Below, piece by piece: positions 1 through 8,900 of a DNA stretch of 18,768 nucleotides; position 1 is the stretch's first letter; every line of letters starts with the position of its first letter. Under the pieces are notes generated by a model. The model searched no databases. It saw nothing but the letters and a program-made list of their open reading frames with translations, and was not told the origin of the DNA. The stretch is taken from positions 1 to 18,768 of the forward strand of contig CBEVQY010000039.1 in the NCBI GenBank assembly GCA_965552135.1, in the 5' to 3' direction. The position numbers and the translations under genes are program-made. This stretch comes from an uncultured bacterium (GTDB taxonomy: Bacteria > UBP14 > UBA6098 > B30-G16).

Positions 1-54
1 CGGTGCAACATAAAAGACAAGAAGATCTATGAGAAACTGGTGGTAATAAATTGA
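1..54 (+). CDS. 3' end of an upstream gene (partial), probably another T9SS/Por C-terminal-domain protein
   Basis: Frame 1 reads RCNIKDKKIYEKLVVIN then TGA at 52-54. The KLVVI-type ending matches the termini of the three downstream secreted proteins (KLVIIG, KLLVVG, KLLVLR). Confidence 0.6.
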   Translation, partial: RCNIKDKKIYEKLVVIN

Positions 55-58
55 CAAC

Positions 59-177
59 ACGGGAGGTTTCATCATGTTTGTGTTTTTGTTTGTTTTCTGT
101 GCATTGAGTGCCCTGCTCGGCCAAGAGGACACGCTCTCCGACAGCTTGAACATGCGCCTGGTGGGAGTGTGGGAGGC
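59..177 (+). repeat. Direct repeat block A, copy 1 (RBS plus the first ~35 codons of the LVIVD gene)
   Basis: 119 bp matching 1655-1773 with 3 mismatches, by manual alignment. Confidence 0.95.
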
Positions 178-1372
178 ATCAACAAGCCTGCATGGTCTCG
201 CCGCAATTGACAGCTTCGCTTACACCATTGGAGAAGACACACTTTTTGTTCTATGCCTATCCCATCCCGACTCCCCCTATGTTTGCGGCTCCCTGGTTGG
301 GTCTTGGGGCGGCGATGTCTTTGGGGCGGGCAATCTAATTTGTACCGACGGCCGGAACGAGGAAGGGATCAACGTGCTCAAGGTTGTGGACGTATCTGAA
401 CCCAATCACCCATTTGTTGCGGGCAGCTTAGCCATTCCAAACTGCTTGCTTTTGGGCTTCGCAGACAGCTTAGCTGTCGGGAAGGTTTCAGGAAGAAACG
501 AGTTTATTTTTATAGACATTGCGGAGCCTAGTTCCCCGGTGCTGCTTGATACCTTTTCATCCCCTTATTTTAGCGACTCGGGACCAGACGTTTGCCGGAA
601 CATCGGATATAGTCCACGCCTGCTCTCTCTTTCTGGTCATTATCTCCATCTTGGCGGAGCGCGTTCTGAGTGGGACAGCGGGATAGGGTATTGGATAGAC
701 TACGGGGAGTATTACTGCTTCAACATAAGCGAACCTACAGAACCCACTCTCGTGCGATATATAGATTTCGGTATGTTCACCGACGTGTGGGCACTGGCAA
801 GCATCGAAGACATTGGCTTTATCGGACTCTATCCCTCCGGTTCTATTCCCATTTTCCGCGTCTCTGTGTGCTCCGGCACGCAGAGCCTGATCGGATATAA
901 TCGAATCGAGAGTATGGCAAGCGCCGACGGTTTCCTGGCAGTGTCTGGGAGGGTCTCGTCGGGCGAGTGGTATATTTCTGTGTGGTATACTTCAAATCCC
1001 TGCGCTCTCAGGCTCGTGGGATACTACAAAACCGCGGCATTCCCAATACAAAGCACGATCTTCAGGGACACGCTTTTTGTGCTCGGCTATGTGGGCGATG
1101 GAATAGAGATTTACGCCGCCCCCCTCGACACGCTTGGAGTTCAGGGCAGGGCTGACGAGAGAGGAGGGGATAGGTTTTCGCTTTACCCCAATCCTGCTCC
1201 TCGCGGGGCTTCGGTTTGGGTCGATGGCGCTGGTGTGGTTTACGACATCACCGGCCGAAGCATCACCGAAATCGCACCAAACAGCATGATAGACACCTCT
1301 AAACTCAAGCCTGGGATATATATCATCCTCCCCAAAAACGGCAAACCCCAAAAGCTTGTGATTATAGGATAA
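74..1372 (+). CDS. Secreted LVIVD-repeat (beta-propeller-like) protein with T9SS/Por C-terminal sorting domain, copy 1
   Basis: GGGAGG RBS at 61-66 and a hydrophobic signal peptide. Repeated LxVVDVSxPxxP-type motifs (LKVVDVSEPNHP, FIDIAEPSSP, CFNISEPTEP). C-terminus has LYPNPA...VYDITGR...PGIYII...KLVIIG. Confidence 0.8.
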   Translation: MFVFLFVFCALSALLGQEDTLSDSLNMRLVGVWEASTSLHGLAAIDSFAYTIGEDTLFVLCLSHPDSPYVCGSLVGSWGGDVFGAGNLICTDGRNEEGINVLKVVDVSEPNHPFVAGSLAIPNCLLLGFADSLAVGKVSGRNEFIFIDIAEPSSPVLLDTFSSPYFSDSGPDVCRNIGYSPRLLSLSGHYLHLGGARSEWDSGIGYWIDYGEYYCFNISEPTEPTLVRYIDFGMFTDVWALASIEDIGFIGLYPSGSIPIFRVSVCSGTQSLIGYNRIESMASADGFLAVSGRVSSGEWYISVWYTSNPCALRLVGYYKTAAFPIQSTIFRDTLFVLGYVGDGIEIYAAPLDTLGVQGRADERGGDRFSLYPNPAPRGASVWVDGAGVVYDITGRSITEIAPNSMIDTSKLKPGIYIILPKNGKPQKLVIIG

Positions 1373-1382
1373 AGGAGGTGTA

Positions 1383-1577
1383 ATGATGTTTATTGCGATA
1401 GTTTTTCTTTTTCTCTCTGCATCTTTTTCCGACACGCTGAGGGTTCTTATACACGAGCCCGGTCCACCCTCCCTCAGCCCACGGCTCTTCGGCTTCGCGC
1501 TCGAAGTCGGTTCCATGCCTGATACGGAGTACGTTGCAGATTACCTCACCACACATGCTAACACTGATTTTAGTTAG
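1383..1577 (+). pseudogene. Truncated 64-aa remnant paralogous to the N-terminus of the 2436-aa protein
   Basis: AGGAGG RBS and a signal peptide, then LFGFALEVGSMPDTEYVADYLTTH versus LFGFALEVGSMPDSEYVANYLATH in the giant protein. Its TAG stop (1575-1577) aligns with the TGG Trp66 codon (3172-3174). Confidence 0.85.
1488..1577 (+). repeat. Direct repeat block B, copy 1
   Basis: Matches 3085-3174. The first 32 bp are identical, with 13 mismatches over 90 bp by manual alignment. Confidence 0.9.
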
Positions 1578-1602
1578 AATGGATAAACGAAGAAATTTTT
1601 TA

Positions 1603-1631
1603 TTGAAATTGCCGTGCAACTTCGTTATAAT
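1603..1631 (+). promoter_or_regulatory. Sigma70-type promoter for the second LVIVD gene and giant-protein gene
   Basis: TTGAAA (1603-1608), 17-bp spacer, TATAAT (1626-1631), with an A/T-rich tract just upstream. Confidence 0.75.
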
Positions 1632-1645
1632 AGTTATAGGAAGTT
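1618..1645. promoter_or_regulatory. Imperfect 28-bp palindrome overlapping the -10 box (operator or recombinase-site-like)
   Basis: AACTTCGTTATAA-TAG-TTATAGGAAGTT. The arms differ by one mismatch and one indel. Confidence 0.45.
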
Positions 1646-1654
1646 TAACCACAG

Positions 1655-1773
1655 ACGGGAGGTTTCATCATGTTCGCGTTTTTGTTTGTTTTCTGTGCAT
1701 TGAGTGCCCTGCTCGGCCAAGAGGACACGCTCTCCGACAGCCTGAACATGCGCCTGGTGGGAGTGTGGGAGGC
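1655..1773 (+). repeat. Direct repeat block A, copy 2
   Basis: Matches 59-177 at an offset of 1596 bp, 3 mismatches. Confidence 0.95.
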
Positions 1774-2965
1774 GCCGATGAGCTTGCCCATCGGGTCAAG
1801 CGCACACACGCTGGATGTTCAGGACAGTTTCGTGTATATTTACACAGGTACAGAAACTCTCTACGTTCTCAATATTTCTCGTCCTGATTCCCCATACGTT
1901 TTTGCCCGTTATATTGGAACGGATTGGGGAGCAGGTGTCTTTGTGGATGACACAGTTTTATGCGTTTCTGAGAGCGGATCGTTGCGTTTTATCAACGTCT
2001 CCGACCCACAGAACCCTATTACGATAAGCTCCTTGGCATATGACGGCGGTCTTGTTCGAGGTTTTGCTTTGAGTTCTGGTTTAGTGTTTACGGGCCTCCG
2101 CAGATGGTCGGTTGTTGACGTTTCCGACCTACTTTCCCCTTATGTTGCAGTTGCGGGTTTGGACAGTTTGCTTTCTAGTTACTTCAGTTCAACGACCGAG
2201 CTTTGGCCTGCTTCACTTTCGGACGTTTATCTTCATTTAGGTGGTCATCGTTTAGAGTGGGACAGTGTGTTAGGTTACTGGTGGGAGTACGGGGAGTATT
2301 ACTGTTTCAACATCTCCACCCCAACAGACCCAAGCCTGGTGAGATACATAGATCTCGGTCTTGGAAACGTTGTTTACGCACTGGAAGGGATTGGAAACAT
2401 TGGCTTCATTGGCACTCACGCTTATAGACCTGACACAGCATTTTTTGTGTCAACATGTACAAATATCCAAACGCTACTTGAGTATGATCGCATAGATCAC
2501 CTCAGTTATGCTGACGGTTTTCTTGTAGTTATTGGTTGTCCTGACCTTCATTGCGAATCTGATGGGATTATTTCCGTTTGGGATGTTTCACGTCCTTGCT
2601 CGTTAAAGCTTGTGGGATATTACAAAAGTTGGTTGCTAAGCCCTGAGGTTTTTCGAAGAAATGATACTGTGTATATAGCTGGCGTAGACTATCCTAATGA
2701 GATACGGATTTACGCTGCCCCTATTGGCACTTTAGGTATTCAGGGCGGGTTGAACAGCTTTGATAACTTTAATCTTCATCCTAATCCCGTATTTCGCGGC
2801 ACCCCTGTTTATGCTAATAAACAAGGAGTAGTCTATGATATCTGTGGACGTAATATCATAACGGTTGATTCGAAAGGTATTATTGATACTTCAAAGCTTA
2901 AGCCCGGGTTGTATATAGTTCTTCCGAGGAACGGAAAGCCGAAAAAGCTCCTTGTTGTAGGATAA
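1670..2965 (+). CDS. Secreted LVIVD-repeat protein with T9SS/Por C-terminal sorting domain, copy 2
   Basis: Same RBS and signal peptide as copy 1. Motifs LYVLNISRPDSP, LRFINVSDPQNP, VVDVSDLLSP, and the shared YGEYYCFNIS block. C-terminus has LHPNPV...VYDICGR...PGLYIV...KLLVVG. Confidence 0.8.
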   Translation: MFAFLFVFCALSALLGQEDTLSDSLNMRLVGVWEAPMSLPIGSSAHTLDVQDSFVYIYTGTETLYVLNISRPDSPYVFARYIGTDWGAGVFVDDTVLCVSESGSLRFINVSDPQNPITISSLAYDGGLVRGFALSSGLVFTGLRRWSVVDVSDLLSPYVAVAGLDSLLSSYFSSTTELWPASLSDVYLHLGGHRLEWDSVLGYWWEYGEYYCFNISTPTDPSLVRYIDLGLGNVVYALEGIGNIGFIGTHAYRPDTAFFVSTCTNIQTLLEYDRIDHLSYADGFLVVIGCPDLHCESDGIISVWDVSRPCSLKLVGYYKSWLLSPEVFRRNDTVYIAGVDYPNEIRIYAAPIGTLGIQGGLNSFDNFNLHPNPVFRGTPVYANKQGVVYDICGRNIITVDSKGIIDTSKLKPGLYIVLPRNGKPKKLLVVG

Positions 2966-2976
2966 AAGGAGGTATT

Positions 2977-5900
2977 ATGATGATGATCCTTGCGTTAATT
3001 TTAATTGTCGTATCAATTTTATCCGCGGACACCCTGACCGTTTTCACAACAGCCCCCTCACCAGACACATTCAACCTCAACCTTTTCGGCTTCGCGCTCG
3101 AAGTCGGTTCCATGCCCGATTCGGAGTACGTTGCGAATTACCTCGCCACACATCCAGATCTTGACTTTAGTTGGCTAGGCTATAAATGCGTGCTTAACAG
3201 AACTAGAACGGCGTTCGGTCTGTGGGAAATCCCAATGGACGACTTCTCCTATCCCAGCGACCCCGCCAACTTCGGACACCCCAACATGGAGCTCATAAGC
3301 AAGTTTCCAAAAGGCGGCGTAATCCGATACCCCGGCGGAACAGGTTCCTATGAGCTGCCCGAAGGACATTGGGTCCTGCCTTACTTCGACTGGAAACGCG
3401 TCGTAGGACCACTTAGCACAACTGCAAGAACGTTCGAAGGATTAACCCTCCCTCCAAGACTCCAAGAGTTCGGCCTCGCACAAGCCCTAATCCTCGCCGA
3501 AAGCCTCAACGCTAACGTGGAACTAACATACACAAGGTTCACAGACACCACTCTATATTCCGACGGCAGCATCGACGAGCTCGTCGAAGACTTCGAAGCC
3601 TTGTGCCAGTTCCTCTGGGCAACCGACGACTCATCCCCGTGGGTGCAACTACGCCATATCGAGGGACACTCAGAACCGTTCAACAATATAAAGTGGCTAT
3701 TATTAGGAAACGACCTGTCAAATAAGTACTGGACAGACAGGTGGAGTAATCCACCACTCCCAAATGTTGTTGACACAGCCTGTTGGATTACTATCGATAC
3801 AAGCTTTGACGTCTGGGGGGATGACCTCCAACGCGCCTTCTACCTCAGGTGGGTCGTGAGAACTGTCGACAGCCTTCTGCAAATATATAATCCAAACGTC
3901 AAGCTTGGTGTACAGCTCTTCATAGCGAGTGTAACAAAGGAAGAGATTGTGCTTGAGTCTGGAGTTCATTGGGTCGTAGGCAACAACCCATTCTTGTTTC
4001 TCTACTCCTGCATAGCGGACTCCGAGCGCAGAGATACACCAATAGACAGCATCATGCCTCCCGTAGGCGATAAAGTCGATTTCATCGGCGTAATGCTGAA
4101 CGGATGGCCACGGGGCTGGGCAACCAAAATCCGAAGCGACTCAACTATAGTGATCAGAAACCATACATTCTACACATCATCCCGTCTGAGAAACGGAATC
4201 TTCGGCGACGACACCCTCTTCCTCTACGATATCGACGAAGGCAGATCTCTTGAAAAAGACGTCATCGAAATATACCTCGCAACAAACTTCTGGTTCAGAT
4301 CCGTAATACAAGCTCTCGTCGATACCATGAGAACATACATAGGCCCACACTTCAACAAACCCATCGCACTTGTCGAATGGAGCGTCGACGGCCTCGCAAA
4401 ATCCATCATCCAACTCGACCGAACAGCGCTCTCCGCCATATCACACCTAAACTCAATATTATGGATGCAGTACAAAAGCCCACTCAAAATCGAGTTCGCA
4501 ACGCTCCTAAATCAAGAAGATCTCGCAGTAGGATTCACTCAAATGCCCACCGAACTCTGCTGTGCGGCTGGAACCGCAACTTGCGATGATACCACGCTGC
4601 GCTTCAATAATTGTCACAACGCCACACATGTTGCCTTCGGCGAAGTAACCGATGAAGATACCGTCCTCATCGAGGCGACCGGTATCGCCTTCAAGCTCTT
4701 CACCGATGAATTCCTGCTTCACAAACCCACCCTCGTCGCTTTCGACTCAACCCAAATAAAAATAATCCCGATCGATACCTTCAATGTATACCCTGGAACG
4801 CTCTTCGCCGTCGTCATAGTACACGACACCACCGACGAAGGCATAGTAATCGAACGCGAACTAACATTCAAACAATTCTGGACAGCGCCGGAAAGATTCA
4901 TTATGGCTCCTTACTACATACCCGTCGTCAGAGTCCACGGGGAAAGCTACGGACTAACGCTGAGAGGGGAGATCCCCGGCGTCCCATTCACAAAACCTGT
5001 TGACGTGTCAGCCGAAAGCCTTTATTTCATCCCAGGCGGAAGACTCACCGTAAACTTTCCCGACACAATCCTGCGCTTCTCAGTGCAAGCAGCGGTAAAG
5101 CCCGATACCGCATTTGTCGCGATCATAAACAACCAGCCGGCCGATACAACGCCCCTGACTATCATCCTACAAAACAGAGTCCGTGGATTGTTCTATGATA
5201 CCGCGTTCGTTTCCATAATGTATGTGGACACGGCGGCGTGGAACCGATGGTGCCACAAGATCAGCTGGCGATACGCGCGGCACCAGGCAATGCCAAGCCC
5301 GGTGTTTGCCGCTAACTCCGCCTTCTTCGACAATCCCGAAATGAGTTTATGCGAAGGAATTACCCACATACCCTCCATCGAACTAGGCTCCGAGGCGATT
5401 CCCGTTGAAGGCGGGAACAGCGTCTGTCTGCGCCTCCCTCAATACTCCATTGTGGCTCTCGTCAAATTTCGAAGAGGAAGGCTCAGGTGCCCCGCGGCGT
5501 TCTCCTTCTCAAACGGAAATTACTACTTCGAAAACAACATCCTCCCACTGTCAACGCATCCGTGGCGAACAAGCGAAACCGACTTCCTCAAGCTTAGGCA
5601 CAAACCAACGAACGAAGGCGGCACATACAAACTCCAGATTCAAGAACTTGGCGGAGTATACGACTTCTTCGATCGATTCAGGCTGCTTGCCGTAGACCAC
5701 ACCGAGGACTCAACGGCAGCCGTCACAACCACCGGAAAGTACATCCTGTACTCGCAAACAAGCACCATCCCCTGCGCCTACGCCGAAACATTCGATGGCG
5801 AAGACATAACCGAAGCGCTCAGCAGCGCCGACGGCGTCCTATACTCCTGTGATGGCCCAGGCGCGGTAGATATCGTATTCCCGCCACTGCCAGACGCATC

Positions 5901-8900
5901 CGTCTCCAATTACGTTGCAATTCTCCCGCCACCTGCTAAAACAAGCGAACCCACCGTCGAGATCTGGCAGTGGAGCGGCGACGATTGGATTAAAATCGGC
6001 TCTGTCGGCGCACGATATGCCGCAGATACTGCATACGTACTCCTCGACCCCGCTTACACCTTCGGCGACTCCGTCCATCTCATGCTCACCTGGGATGTCC
6101 ATTACGAAGTTGACGCGATAACGCTCGCTCCCGCCTCCATCGCGGAGCCGATCGAGTTTCCCCTCATCTCGGCGATGCATTCCTCGGGCGACACAGTATA
6201 CAAAAACCTCCGCGGCCGCGACGCAAGCTACACAGGATTGCTGCCGGACGAATATATCGATCTATGGTTTGTCGCCGATGGCGGACCTGAACCCGGCCTC
6301 GTGCGAGACTTCTTCCTGCAATCCGATGGATATTTCCTCGAAGCCAGGTTCACCTGCGTCTCCGACAGCGCCGGCTTAGATGTCCCGTCCAGCGGGTGGC
6401 GCGGCGTTGTATGGTACGACTACAACAACGATGACTTCCAGGACGCCGCCATCGCGACCCCTGATAGATTCTACATCTTCCGCAACAACGCCGACGGCAC
6501 CTTCACCCCAGTCGACGACGAGCTCGGGATCCATCGCGAGCGCTATTTCTGCGGCGGCGTCGTTGGCGACTTCGACAACGACATGGACGACGATATCTAC
6601 ATCCACGGACAGCTTACGACCACAAACAAAAGCCACCTCTACCGCAATGACATCGATTCACTCGTTGATGTCACTGACTCAGCGGTGGTGCCTGGAAGTG
6701 GCAACGACCCGTGCGCGTCGTGGTGTGACTACGACAGAGACGGCTTCCTTGACCTCTTCGTCTGCGGCGCAAGCAGGCTTTACCACAACAACGGCGACGG
6801 AACGTTCACCGATGTCACCGAAGCCGCCGGGCTATATGTGCCCGAAAACACCCACAGCGCCGTCTGGGGCGATTACAACAACGACGGATATCCCGACGTC
6901 TTCTTTCCCAGCTCCCACTTCGGTCGCCACCGCCTCTTTCGTAACGAAGGCGATGGAACATTCGTTGAAGTCACAGAAGAAGCGCTCCCTGGCAACGGTG
7001 TTCCCGGCGGACATGGCGCTATATGGGCCGATTTCAACAACGACGGGTACCTAGATATCTACGTCTGTTCAAGGTACAGCGGCGATCAGCTCCTGATCAA
7101 TAACGGCGATGGAACCTTCGACGACGTAAGCGACAGCGCGGGTTTAGTAGGGGAGAGTGGCGTTGTTGCCGCTGCAGCCGCCGATTACGATAACGACGGA
7201 GACCTCGACATCTATGTCTCAAAATACGGGGGAGGGTATAATATCCTGTACAACAATGGGAACGGGACCTTTGTAAACGTCGCTCGGGAAGCCCACGTCG
7301 ACACATTCTCATCTACTCACGGAATATCATGGGGGGATTACAACAATGATGGCTGGATGGACCTTTTGGTCTCGCCCGATATCCTGTACAAAAACCTCGG
7401 CGGTGACAACAACTGGCTCGAGATCAAGTGCATCGACGCCGGCCTGCCCGGCTATACCAACTGCAGCGCAATAGGCGTGCGCGTTACGGTCTATGCCGGA
7501 AGAAACAGACTCATGCAAGTAGTCGACGGTGGCGGAAGTTATACCTCTCAAAACGGCAGGATCCTTGGGTTTGGGCTCGGCAGCTTTGACTATGCCGACT
7601 CCATCGTTGTGGAGTGGACAAGCGGACTCAAAACCGTTCTGTCGCGCGTCGATGCGAACCAGAGACTAATCGTTTACGAAGTGCGCGATACCCTTGGTCC
7701 TGTCGTCTTGGAAGCGTATCCCCAGGGCTGCGTGGCCGACTTGGACAGTTTAGTCGTCGTCCTCTCTGACGCGGTTCCCACTCCAGACGGCATCGTTTAT
7801 GCGCCCTATAGGGTGAAGCAGCAAAGCATTGTGTTTGTGGCGGACAACGAAACGCTTGAAGTAGGGGAGAGGCTCAGGTACGACAGGCGATCAGGAAGAC
7901 TTGTCTATGATGTTCCAGACAGTGTTTCGTCGCTGAGCTGGTCGATTATCTCGGTCCGGGATGTTGTTGGCAACGAGCTCGAGAATGCGGTAAGCGGTTT
8001 CACTGGAGAGGGGATCGACACTCTCGGGCCGATAAGCGCTGCGATTTATCCGCCAAATAATGCCTGTGTGGGACGCGACGAACCGCTGCGCGTACTGGTG
8101 GTCGACACGATATCGGACTGCAGAGGCGACACCACCTCCGCAGGCGCCATTGACGTGGGAAGCATCGCCTTGGAGGTCAACGGCAAGACCTACACCGCCG
8201 ATTCCGTCGAGCTTTCCTACAGCAATGGGATCTTAACTTTTCTGCCGGTCAGCGGTTGGAGCACCGCGGAGGTTGCCTGGGAACTTGTCGGAGCACGCGA
8301 TACCCTTGGAAACGACCTATATCGTGCATCGGCGGGCTTATTTTTTGTCAACTATGACACGTTGCCGCCCAAGGTAACGATCCTCGAGCCTGAAACCCGG
8401 TGTGTCGACACCACTCAGCCGCTTTTGATACGTATCGTGGACACCGTGTCGACCTGTCTGGGCTCGTTTTCTGACCCGACCCGCGTTGACCTCTCTGCTA
8501 TGGAGTTGCTCGTAAACGGGCAAAGCTATAACCTGTCAAGCAGCGAAATAAGCTACGACACAAGCGCAGGCATCTTAATGTTCCTGCCGGAGGGCGGATG
8601 GAAGGACACCTTAGTGCAATTCGAGCTTTCAGGCATCTTTGACGTCGACGGCAATGCCGCAGAGGCGTTGGACTCGAGTTTTTCTGTAGACGTTGACGTC
8701 ATGCCACCTGTGTTAGAGCTCATCCACCCGACCGAGGGCTGCGTCGACACGACAAACTATATGGCCTTTTTAGTTTACGATACATTCAGCACTTGCACTG
8801 GCGAGGGCAGAACGAACATCTCGGAGTTTAGACTGGAACTCAATGGCGCAGTCTTCACGCTCGACTCGTCCCAAATAAGGTACGACACAGTCTCGTCGAT

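Noticed and set aside
1144..1151. KOPS-like GGGCAGGG oriented toward the dif-like site
   Set aside because: It is a single occurrence noticed by eye and is not statistically meaningful.
1575..1577. Amber read-through or alternative genetic code
   Set aside because: An in-frame TAA follows three codons later, and TAG serves as a normal stop at 18664-18666.
1570..1650. Integron attC site (GTTAGAA and TTTAAC present)
   Set aside because: The motifs are in the wrong order for an attC, there is no R''-L''-L'-R' structure, no repetition between other genes and no integrase.
59..1773. Diversity-generating retroelement TR/VR pair
   Set aside because: There is no reverse transcriptase in the window. 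The repeat covers the RBS and signal peptide rather than a C-terminal variable region, and the three mismatches are ordinary T/C transitions.
6380..7054. 224-aa Thr/Ser-rich mucin-like ORF
   Set aside because: It is an alternative-frame shadow of the GAC/AAC-rich FG-GAP region of the giant gene.
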